16,025 nt of DNA, from positions 1 to 16,025 of the forward strand of contig JBGANF010000161.1 in NCBI GenBank assembly GCA_044222475.1, written 5' to 3'. This DNA comes from Polyangiaceae bacterium (GTDB lineage Bacteria; Myxococcota_A; Polyangia; Polyangiales; Polyangiaceae). Made by a program: the position numbers and the translations under genes. Shown one piece after another: positions 1 through 7,870 of this stretch; position 1 is the first letter of the stretch, and every line of letters starts with the position of its first letter. Under the pieces are notes generated by a model. The model was not told the origin of the DNA and did not search any database. It was given only the letters and a program-made list of their open reading frames with translations.

Positions 1-150
1 AAACACCCAGGTCTGACACCGTCTCGCCGGCCGCTGCTTTCGAGGTCTGCAGCGCGCTCACGGAGAAAGACAGCGACTTGGGTCCTTGGTTCCAAGAAAA
101 TCGATTTCGGTAGGACTTTCGCTGGAGGGGAAAAATTACAGCGAGGTGTT

Positions 151-170
151 GATTTGCATCGATTTGCCTC
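151..170. repeat. Tandem 10-bp direct repeat GATTTGC(A/C)TC, candidate regulator site
   Basis: gatttgcatc (151-160) followed directly by gatttgcctc (161-170), 9/10 identical. Overlaps the putative -35. Confidence 0.45.
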
Positions 171-191
171 GTGTGCGCGATGCGGCAAGAT
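164..191 (+). promoter_or_regulatory. Possible sigma70-type promoter for the DUF2330 gene (possibly leaderless)
   Basis: TTGCCT (164-169), 16-nt spacer, CAAGAT (186-191), then 7 nt to ATG 199. No Shine-Dalgarno before 199. Lies in a relatively AT-rich non-coding stretch. Confidence 0.3.
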
Positions 192-198
192 GCTCCCC

Positions 199-1623
199 AT
201 GAACTTCGGACGCTTATCGTTTCTCGCCGCCGCCACGGCGATCGCTCTGACCTCCACGCTCGCCCGCGACGCCGACGCTTGCGGCGGGTGCCTCGCCCCC
301 CCGGCCGAGAACACCGTCGTACAGGCGCACCGCATGGCGCTCTCCGTCGCCAAGACGCAGACGGTGCTCTGGGATCAGTTCGAGTACAGCGGCGCTCCGA
401 AGGAGTTCGCGTGGGTCCTCCCGGTGAGGCCGGGAACCAAGGTCGAGATCTCCCACGACGAGTTCTTCGCCGCGCTCGAAGCAGCGACTCAGCCGGTCAT
501 CACCGCGCCCCCTCAGAACACCGGTGGTGGTGGTGGCGGCGGGTTCGGGTGCGGCGCGAGCGCGACCTCGGCTTACGACCCGGGTTCGAACTCGACGTCA
601 CCTCCGGTGCAGGTCGTGAACCAAGAGGTCGTCGGTCCGTACGAGGTCGTCACGCTGAAGGCCACCGACGCCGGTGCGCTGAACACGTGGCTCAAGGATC
701 ACGGCTACGCGGTACCCGCCGACATCCAGCCGGTCATCGACGCGTACATCAAGGAGCAGTTCGACTTCGTCGCGCTGCGGCTGCTCCCCAACAAGGACGT
801 CAACGCGATGCAGCCGGTGCGCGTCGTGACTCCCGGAGCCGACGCGAACCTCCCGCTGCGCATGGTCGCGGCCGGCGTCGGCGCGAAGGTCGGCATCATC
901 CTCTACGTCATCGGAGAGGGTCGCTATCAGACGGCCAACTACCCGAACCTCGCGATCGATCTCACCGGTCTCACGTGGGACTACGCCAAGACCCGTTCGA
1001 ACTACAGCGAGACGGTCGAGGCCGCGCTCGCCGCTGGTGACGGCCGCGGGTGGTTCACGGAGTACGCCTACCCGATGCTCGGCAAACGCGACGGCTCGCG
1101 CATCGGCTACTTCAACTTCTCGACACAGACTCCGCTCCCGACGCTCTCGGAGGCGTACTCGACCGCCATCAAGGGCTCCAAGTGCAGCTCGCCCTTCCCA
1201 TCGCTCGACGGCGGCGCGAAGGACTCGGGCATCAACGACGCGAGCACCGACGCGAGCGACGACGGCAGCGTCGATGCGAGCACCGACGGCGGAACGATCG
1301 ACGCGGGCGACGGCGGATCGGCCGAGTGCAAGTTCGACGACATCGAGGTCGCCACGCGGGGCATGTTCCCGAGCGACGTGTGGATCACGCGCCTCCGCGC
1401 CAACCTGCCGAAGGCCGCGCTCTCGACGGACCTCAAGCTCGAGGCCGAGCCGACGCAGAAGAAGCTCGACGCGCTCTACCGAGTCTCGGGCCCGCCCGCG
1501 CAGGATCCGGGCGACGGCTGCAACGCCGCGCCACAGAGCGCGGCGACTGGCGATCGCGCGATCGTCGGCCTCGGGCTCGGCGCGCTCGCGCTGACGATCG
1601 CGATCCGCCGCCGCCGCCGCTGA
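199..1623 (+). CDS. DUF2330-like exported protein with C-terminal MYXO-CTERM-like sorting signal
   Basis: Signal peptide ending ADA-CGGC. Motifs QFEYSGAPKEFAWVLPV, VGPYEVVTL, LNTWLKDHGY and FDFVALRL resemble DUF2330. The C-terminus GDGCNAAP...IVGLGLGALALTIAIRRRRR gives Gly-Cys, a TM helix and an Arg cluster. ATG 199 is preferred to the ORF-track start at 154 because it yields a clean signal peptide. Confidence 0.8.
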   Translation: MNFGRLSFLAAATAIALTSTLARDADACGGCLAPPAENTVVQAHRMALSVAKTQTVLWDQFEYSGAPKEFAWVLPVRPGTKVEISHDEFFAALEAATQPVITAPPQNTGGGGGGGFGCGASATSAYDPGSNSTSPPVQVVNQEVVGPYEVVTLKATDAGALNTWLKDHGYAVPADIQPVIDAYIKEQFDFVALRLLPNKDVNAMQPVRVVTPGADANLPLRMVAAGVGAKVGIILYVIGEGRYQTANYPNLAIDLTGLTWDYAKTRSNYSETVEAALAAGDGRGWFTEYAYPMLGKRDGSRIGYFNFSTQTPLPTLSEAYSTAIKGSKCSSPFPSLDGGAKDSGINDASTDASDDGSVDASTDGGTIDAGDGGSAECKFDDIEVATRGMFPSDVWITRLRANLPKAALSTDLKLEAEPTQKKLDALYRVSGPPAQDPGDGCNAAPQSAATGDRAIVGLGLGALALTIAIRRRRR

Positions 1624-1661
1624 CGCCAGCGCCGAGTTGGTCTACCCTTCGGAGCACTTCA

Positions 1662-2615
1662 GTGCGGAAGCGTCCCCTCGGAAAGACCGGCCTCTTCGTC
1701 AGCGAGATGAGCCTCGGAACGTGGGGGATCTCCGGCGACGGCTACGGCGCCGTCGACGAAGCCAACGCGGAGCGTGTGCTGCGACGCGCGCTCGAGATGG
1801 GCATGAACCTCGTCGACACCGCCGACGCGTACGGCGGCGGGAAGATGGAAGCGCTGATCGGTCGCGTCCTCGCCGATCACCCGAACAAGGACGACGTGAT
1901 CGTCGTCACCAAGGGCGGCACCGATCGCACGACCGAGCCGCCGCGCAAGCGCTTCGACTCCGAGTGGCTGAAGGACCGCGTCGCGACCTCGAAGAAGCGA
2001 CTCAAGCGCGACCGCATCGACGTCTACCTCCTGCACAACCCGAGCGTCGACGCGCTGTCTGCGACGGACTGCGTGCAGACCATGAAGGACCTCGTCAAGG
2101 ACGGCAGCATCGCACACTGGGGCGTCGCGGCCGGGAGTGACGAGGTCGCGCGCGCGGCGATCGACCACGGCGCCGAGGTCATCGAGCTCGGTTACAACCT
2201 GATGCACGGCGCCGAGCTCCATCGCATTGCCGGCGACATCATGGTCGCCGGCACCGGCGTCCTCGCGCGGTCGGTCTTGATGCACGGCCTCCTCGTCGGC
2301 CACTGGGCCAAGGACCGCGAGTTCCCCGAGGGCGATCACCGCCAGAACCGATGGACGAAGATGGAGCTCGAGACGCGGATCGATCAGCTCGACGCCGTGC
2401 GATTCCTCGTCCGCGGCGACGTCCACACGATGCGCGCCGCCGCCGTGCGCTTCGTGCTCGCGAACTCGGTCGTGTCGAGCGCGGTCCTCGGACCACGCAC
2501 CGTGGAGCAGGCCGAACAGCTCGTGCGCGAGACCGGCGGCGGACCGCGCTACCTCCCCGACGAGCAGCTCACCCAGCTTCCGCGCGCGCTCGCCAAAGCC
2601 GGGATCCTGACGTGA
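1662..2615 (+). CDS. Aldo/keto reductase (IolS/Tas-like oxidoreductase)
   Basis: N-terminus RKRPLGKTGLFVSEMSLGTWG. Catalytic tetrad contexts DTADAYG, VTKGG and IDVYLLHNP. GTG start at 1662 with GGAG at 1651-1654. The upstream part of ORF 1050..2615 overlaps the previous gene and is spurious. Confidence 0.93.
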   Translation: MRKRPLGKTGLFVSEMSLGTWGISGDGYGAVDEANAERVLRRALEMGMNLVDTADAYGGGKMEALIGRVLADHPNKDDVIVVTKGGTDRTTEPPRKRFDSEWLKDRVATSKKRLKRDRIDVYLLHNPSVDALSATDCVQTMKDLVKDGSIAHWGVAAGSDEVARAAIDHGAEVIELGYNLMHGAELHRIAGDIMVAGTGVLARSVLMHGLLVGHWAKDREFPEGDHRQNRWTKMELETRIDQLDAVRFLVRGDVHTMRAAAVRFVLANSVVSSAVLGPRTVEQAEQLVRETGGGPRYLPDEQLTQLPRALAKAGILT

Positions 2616-3457
2616 CCGCAGGTCTTGGGAGCCGAGACCACGCGCGCACGCTCGACGAGATGGTGCGCATCGCGGCGAAGGCGGCCGCGCTCGTCCGCAC
2701 GGCGTACGCCAAAGACTTTCGTGTAGAATACAAGACCGCGGACGACCCGGTCACCGAGGTCGACAAGGCCGCCAACGAGCTCCTCTGCACGGAGCTGGCG
2801 CGCGCGTTTCCCGGCGTCCCGATCGTCGCCGAAGAGAGCGACGAATCGACCTTCGACGCGCGCCTCGCCGGCGGGGCGACGTTCTTCGTCGACCCGATCG
2901 ACGGGACGCGCGACTTCATCAAGAAGAACGGCGAGTTCGCGGTGATGATCGGCCTCGCCGACGGCGGTCGCGCCATCCTCGGCGTCGTCGACTGCCCGGC
3001 GTGGGAGTACAGCGTCGCCGGCGGCGACCGAGTCCCCAGCTTCCGCGAGGCGAGCGGCGGAGCGCGCACGCTGCTGAAGCCGCGCACCGAGCGCGAGCTC
3101 GCGAACGCGACCGCCTTCGTCTCGCGATCGCGCGGCGACGCGACTCGAATGATCCTCGAGTCGCTCGGCGTACGCGAGATCCTCCTCCGCGGCGGCGCCG
3201 GCGTGAAAGGCATCGGCGTCGCCCAAGGCGAAGCGGATCTCTACCTCCAGACCGGCCGCGCCGGGAAGCTCTGGGACTCGTGTGCGCCCGAGGCCATCGC
3301 GACCGGATGCGGCGTTCGCTTCACCGACCCCGACGGCAACGGCTTCGACTACCGGCGCGAGGCGCTCGATCTCGACGCGGGCGTGCTCTGCGCCACCCCC
3401 GCGATCCACGAGCGCCTCGTCCGTGCGCTCGCAGCGCGGAGCAAGGAGAGCGCGTGA
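2612..3457 (+). CDS. cysQ: 3'(2'),5'-bisphosphate nucleotidase CysQ / inositol monophosphatase family
   Basis: YKTADDPVTEVD, VAEES, FFVDPIDGTRDFIKKNGEFAVMIGL, VSRSR, GEADLY and WD motifs. The GTG start overlaps the upstream stop (GTGA 2612-2615). The family is secure, the cysQ orthology less so. Confidence 0.8.
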   Translation: MTAGLGSRDHARTLDEMVRIAAKAAALVRTAYAKDFRVEYKTADDPVTEVDKAANELLCTELARAFPGVPIVAEESDESTFDARLAGGATFFVDPIDGTRDFIKKNGEFAVMIGLADGGRAILGVVDCPAWEYSVAGGDRVPSFREASGGARTLLKPRTERELANATAFVSRSRGDATRMILESLGVREILLRGGAGVKGIGVAQGEADLYLQTGRAGKLWDSCAPEAIATGCGVRFTDPDGNGFDYRREALDLDAGVLCATPAIHERLVRALAARSKESA

Positions 3458-4644
3458 GCACCGAGACCCTCCGCGCGCGCGTCGTCGTGGTCGGGGCCGG
3501 GATCATGGGGCTCTCGATCGCGTACCACCTCGCGCGCCGCGGCCAGACCGACGTCATCGTGCTCGACAAGAGCTACCTCTGCGGCGGCGCGAGCGGTCGC
3601 AACGGCGGCGGCGTTCGCGCGCAGTGGTCGAGCGAAGCGAACGTGCGGTTGATGCAGGAGAGCATCCAGATGTGCCGCGACTTCGCGAGCGAGATGAAGA
3701 TCAACATCTGGTTTCGCCAGGGCGGGTACCTCTTCCTCGTGCGCTCCGAGGAGAAGCGCCGCGCGCTCGAGGCGAGCGTGAAGCTCCAGAACGACTGCGG
3801 GCTGCGCTCGAAGATGCTGACGCCCAAAGAGGCGCGCAAGATCGTCCCCGAGCTCGACACGGACGGGATCGCTGCCGCGAGCTACAACGCCGACGACGGC
3901 GTCGTCTTTCCGTGGCCGTTCGTGTGGGGCTTCGCCCAAGCGGCGCAGAAGCTCGGCGTGCGCGTCGCGACCTTCCGCGACGTCAGCGCGATCGAGACGC
4001 GAGGCGGACGCGTGAGCGCGATCGTCGCGAAGAAGCTCGGCCAAGACGGCTCGCGCATCGAAGACGACGTCCTCCGCATCGAGACCGACACGATCGTCAA
4101 CGCGGCCGGTGCGTGGTCGCCAGAGATCGCGCGCCTCGTCGGCGTCGAGCTCCCCAACAAACCGCATCGCCACGAGATCTGCAGCACCGAGCCGCTCAAG
4201 CCGTGGCTCAAGCCGCTCGTCGCCGACCTCACCGACGGGCTCTACTTCTCCCAGTCGACGCGCGGCGAGATCGTCGGCGGCATCGGCCAGGAGCGCGTCC
4301 CGCACGGCATCAACCAGCAGAGCTCGCACGCGTTCCTGGGGCTGTACGCGCGCTCCCTCGTTCGCGCCTGTCCCATTTTGGGACAAGTAAAGGTCCTGCG
4401 TCAGTGGGCCGGCTGCTACGATCTGACGCCCGACGCGAACCCCATCGTCGGACCGGTCGACGAGATCGAGGGCTTCGTCCAGGCATCCGGCTTCATGGGC
4501 CACGGGTTCATGATGGCGCCGGTGATGGGGAAGCGCCTGGCCGAGCACGTCCTCACGAACGAGACGACCGAGCTCCTCGACCGCTGGAATTTGCGGCGAT
4601 TCAAGGAAGGTAGGTTGTTGTCGGAGGCCATGATCATCGGCTGA
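3454..4644 (+). CDS. FAD-dependent oxidoreductase, DAO / sarcosine oxidase beta / dye-linked proline dehydrogenase beta family
   Basis: Rossmann motif VVVVGAGIMG, then GASGRNGGGVR, VNAAGAWS, WAGCYDLTPDANPIVG and GFMGHGFMMAP. AAGGAG Shine-Dalgarno upstream. GTGA overlap at 3454-3457. Confidence 0.92.
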   Translation: MSTETLRARVVVVGAGIMGLSIAYHLARRGQTDVIVLDKSYLCGGASGRNGGGVRAQWSSEANVRLMQESIQMCRDFASEMKINIWFRQGGYLFLVRSEEKRRALEASVKLQNDCGLRSKMLTPKEARKIVPELDTDGIAAASYNADDGVVFPWPFVWGFAQAAQKLGVRVATFRDVSAIETRGGRVSAIVAKKLGQDGSRIEDDVLRIETDTIVNAAGAWSPEIARLVGVELPNKPHRHEICSTEPLKPWLKPLVADLTDGLYFSQSTRGEIVGGIGQERVPHGINQQSSHAFLGLYARSLVRACPILGQVKVLRQWAGCYDLTPDANPIVGPVDEIEGFVQASGFMGHGFMMAPVMGKRLAEHVLTNETTELLDRWNLRRFKEGRLLSEAMIIG

Positions 4645-4684
4645 GGTTGCGCCGCGACGGCATGGACGACAGACTGCATGCATT

Positions 4685-6277
4685 ATGCGCTTATCCTATC
4701 TTCCCCGTTTTCTCGTCCTCTCGGGTGTGTTGGCGCTGGGAGCGTTGGGGCCCGCCGCGTGTCTCGAGCCCACGCAGATCACCGTCCGCGTCGAGACCGA
4801 CATGACCTGCGGTCAAGGCGAAGGCGAGCTCCAGAGCGTGCTCGTCGGCGCAGGCGGGACGGAGTCCGTCAGCATCACGCCGCAGAGCGCGTGCGCGGAC
4901 CAGTTCGTCGGTAGCGTCGCCGTCGTACCCGGCACCGGAGCCGGAGCGGTGGACATCACCGTCGTCGGGACCATCGGCGGTTCGAAGTGCGCGATCGACT
5001 CGCCCAACGGGAACGGTTGCGTCGCGACCAAACGACGGCTCTCGTTCATCGACCACATTCCCCTGTCGATCACGATCCGCATCGAGTCCGAGTGTGCCGG
5101 CGTGACCTGCACCGGCAATCAGACGTGCTCGGCCGGCAAGTGCGTCGACCCCGGTTGCGGCTCGAGCTGCGGCGACGCCGGCGGCGACGGCGGCGGCGGC
5201 GGACCGCGCATCACGGCGATCACCTCCGGAGGAAACTCCACCTGCGCGACGACGACTGCGGGCGACGTCGTGTGCTGGGGCGACGCGCAGAGCCGGAAGC
5301 TCTTCGTCGACGCGAACGCGATCCCGCCGACGAAGATCCCCGAGCTCGCGGGCGCGAAGAACATCGTCCTCGGCCGCGCTCACGGGTGCGCGACCTTCAC
5401 CGATCCCAACGGGGACGTCGTGAAGTGTTGGGGCGCGAACGACAAGGTCCAAGCGGGGCACCCCGACATGCCCGTCGTGACGGTCCCCAACCCGGTCATC
5501 GACGGTACGACGGCAAAGCCGCTCACCGGCGTGCTCGCGCTCGCGGCCGGAGACGACTTCACCTGCGCGCTCACGGCGTCGAAGACGGTCGCCTGTTGGG
5601 GCGCGTCCGATCAAGGGCAGCTCGGCTTCGGGGCCATGGCGAACCTCTCCAAGGCGAAGCCGGTGCCCAACCTCGTCAACCCGACGGCGATCGCGGCCGG
5701 CTCCACCCACGCGTGCGCGGTCGCCCAGCTCTCCGGGAACAACCTCTGCACGAGCTGTGGCGTCGTGTGCTGGGGCTCCAACAAGGATGGCCAAGTCACC
5801 GGTACGCCGGACTCCGTCCTCACGCCTCGCGCCGTTCAGCTGCCTGCACCGCGCGGGCTGTTCGCGGGTGGAAACCGAACGCTCGCCATGCGCGCCCCGC
5901 TCGTCGTCCAGAACGGAGCCACGTCCGAAGCCTTGTATTGGGGTCGCCCCGTCGGTGATCTCCCCGTCGCGGTCGGTCCGACGCTCATCCCCGCATTCGG
6001 CAAAGTCGAAGCGGCGAGCAGCGGCCTCGAGCACGCGTGCTTGCTCAACGCGGCGCGCCCCTACTGCAAGGCAGCGGACCCGGCCTTCCTGAACTTCAAC
6101 TCGAAGGTTCCATCGACGCTCGAGTTCGGTGCGATCACCTCGGGCTGGGAGCACACCTGCGTCGTCTCGAAGATCGCCGGACAAGCGTGGTGCTTCGGGA
6201 AGAACGACGCGTTCCGGCTCGGCGGTGCCGCGGCCCAGGCTCTTCAGAGCCCGAACCGCGTCGACCTCCCGAAGTGA
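4685..6277 (+). CDS. Lipoprotein with Cys-rich N-terminal module and 7 RCC1/BLIP-II-like repeats (paralog 1)
   Basis: Hydrophobic signal with lipobox-like PAA-C (Cys26). Repeated I/LxAGxxH/FxC...VxCWGxNxxGQ units, seven counted. Confidence 0.85.
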   Translation: MRLSYLPRFLVLSGVLALGALGPAACLEPTQITVRVETDMTCGQGEGELQSVLVGAGGTESVSITPQSACADQFVGSVAVVPGTGAGAVDITVVGTIGGSKCAIDSPNGNGCVATKRRLSFIDHIPLSITIRIESECAGVTCTGNQTCSAGKCVDPGCGSSCGDAGGDGGGGGPRITAITSGGNSTCATTTAGDVVCWGDAQSRKLFVDANAIPPTKIPELAGAKNIVLGRAHGCATFTDPNGDVVKCWGANDKVQAGHPDMPVVTVPNPVIDGTTAKPLTGVLALAAGDDFTCALTASKTVACWGASDQGQLGFGAMANLSKAKPVPNLVNPTAIAAGSTHACAVAQLSGNNLCTSCGVVCWGSNKDGQVTGTPDSVLTPRAVQLPAPRGLFAGGNRTLAMRAPLVVQNGATSEALYWGRPVGDLPVAVGPTLIPAFGKVEAASSGLEHACLLNAARPYCKAADPAFLNFNSKVPSTLEFGAITSGWEHTCVVSKIAGQAWCFGKNDAFRLGGAAAQALQSPNRVDLPK

Positions 6278-6316
6278 TCTTGCGGTCCCGCTCTGCGGGC
6301 GCCACAATTCACCATC

Positions 6317-7870
6317 TTGCGCGTTCATCGAACGAGGTCGGTGCTCCTTGGGTTCGCCTCGATCGCGATCGCAATCGCGCCGATCGTCTCGTGCCTCAAG
6401 CCGACGCAGATCACGGTGCGCGTGGAGACCGACATCCCCTGCGGGCCTGGTGGTGAAGGCGAGCTCGCCGACGTTCTCGTGGGCGCGGGCGGATCGACGG
6501 TCGGTGAGCTGGCGCTCAAAGGGGCGTGCGCCGGTGGCTTGGTCGGTACCGCGACGGTGGTCCCCGGGAAGAACAACGACGCCGTCGACATCACGGTCGT
6601 CGGCGCGATCGGGGCCACGAAGTGCACGATCGACTCCCTGAACGAGGGCGGCTGCATCGTCGCGAAGCGACGCCTGTCGTTCATCGATCACATCCCGCTC
6701 GAGATCACGGTGCGGCTCGACGCGGCGTGCGCTGGCCTCGACTGCGGCGATGGAACGTGCTCCGAAGGCAAGTGCATCCCCAAGACCTGCACGACCGACT
6801 GCGCCGATGGCGGGACCGACGGTGGGCCGACCCCGGTGATCACGTCGCTGAGCGCCGGCGGGAACTCGACGTGCGCGATCGTCTCCACCGGCGACGTCGT
6901 GTGCTGGGGAGAATCGACGAACGGCAAGCTGTTCGCGAAAGGTCCGATCAAGGCCACGGTGACTCCGGCGCTCTTCGGCGCGAAGGCGCTCGCGCTCGGA
7001 CGGGCGCACGGCTGCGGCATCTTCCCCGAGGGCCCCAACTCGACGGTCGTCAAATGTTGGGGTGCGAACGACAAGTACCAAGCGGGCAGCAAGACCATCG
7101 GAGTGGACGTGACGACGCCGACCTCCGTGACCGATCTCCAGGGCGTTCCGCTCACGAACGTCACGGCGATCACGGCCGGTGACGATTTCAACTGCGCCAT
7201 CGCGGGCGACGGGCACGTCCTCTGCTGGGGCGATGGCGCACAAGCGCAGATCGGCACCCTCAAGAGCACCGGTACGCCGAACGCGATTCAGGTGGCGAAC
7301 GTGGCGAGCGCCAGCGGGATCGCCGCCGGGGCGAACCACGCCTGCGCGCGCGGGACGTTCTCCGGCACGAACCTCGTGTGCGCGAACGGCGCGTGCGGCG
7401 TCGTGTGTTGGGGCGCCAACCAGAACAGCCAATGCTCCGGTGTGGCCGACGGTTGGGTGCCGCCGAAGGGCGTCCCGATCAAGGCGGATCTCCTCGCCGC
7501 CGGCGGCGATCGCACGCTCGCCATCGTGGCGGGCGACGTGGGGTACTGGGGCCAAGGTGTAGGCGCGCTACCCCCGACGACGATCCCAGTGAAACCCGCG
7601 CTTCTCCCCAAAGCGATCGCGGTGTCGGGTGGCACCGAGCACGCTTGTCTCGTGACCGCGGTCGGCAATCGTCCGTTCTGCGTCGCCAACGACGGAAACT
7701 TCTCGGTGGGGCTCAGCGGAATCGCGAGCAAGCTCACCACCGTGGTCTCCGGGTGGAGGCATGCGTGCGCCATCACCGCCAACGGCGGGGTGTGGTGTTG
7801 GGGCACGAACGACCAGTGGCAGCTCGGCGGAAAGGACGCGAAGAGCCCCAATCGCGTGAACGGGCTGTGA
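6317..7870 (+). CDS. Lipoprotein with Cys-rich N-terminal module and 7 RCC1/BLIP-II-like repeats (paralog 2)
   Basis: TTG start, lipobox-like IVS-C (Cys26). Colinear with paralog 1 (PTQITVRVETD, KRRLSFIDHIPL, LGRAHGC, VKCWGANDK, SPNRV). Seven blades. Confidence 0.85.
   Translation: MRVHRTRSVLLGFASIAIAIAPIVSCLKPTQITVRVETDIPCGPGGEGELADVLVGAGGSTVGELALKGACAGGLVGTATVVPGKNNDAVDITVVGAIGATKCTIDSLNEGGCIVAKRRLSFIDHIPLEITVRLDAACAGLDCGDGTCSEGKCIPKTCTTDCADGGTDGGPTPVITSLSAGGNSTCAIVSTGDVVCWGESTNGKLFAKGPIKATVTPALFGAKALALGRAHGCGIFPEGPNSTVVKCWGANDKYQAGSKTIGVDVTTPTSVTDLQGVPLTNVTAITAGDDFNCAIAGDGHVLCWGDGAQAQIGTLKSTGTPNAIQVANVASASGIAAGANHACARGTFSGTNLVCANGACGVVCWGANQNSQCSGVADGWVPPKGVPIKADLLAAGGDRTLAIVAGDVGYWGQGVGALPPTTIPVKPALLPKAIAVSGGTEHACLVTAVGNRPFCVANDGNFSVGLSGIASKLTTVVSGWRHACAITANGGVWCWGTNDQWQLGGKDAKSPNRVNGL

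Noticed and set aside
145..157. Possible sigma54 -24/-12 promoter (GG...TTGC), also checked at 11637-11649
   Set aside because: GG-to-GC spacing is 9 nt rather than the required 10, and the TGGCAC context is missing.
4691..7555. 954-aa minus-strand ORF and other long antisense ORFs (3349-4683, 9473-10810, 11418-13472, 13139-14881)
   Set aside because: They mirror well-supported plus-strand genes. High-GC codon bias depletes antisense stops, and the translations show no family motifs.
7378..7869. N-terminal extensions in the ORF track (also 1050-1661, 2351-2611, 3001-3453)
   Set aside because: Arg/Pro-rich off-frame read-through of the upstream genes. True starts are marked by stop/start overlaps, SD sites or signal peptides.
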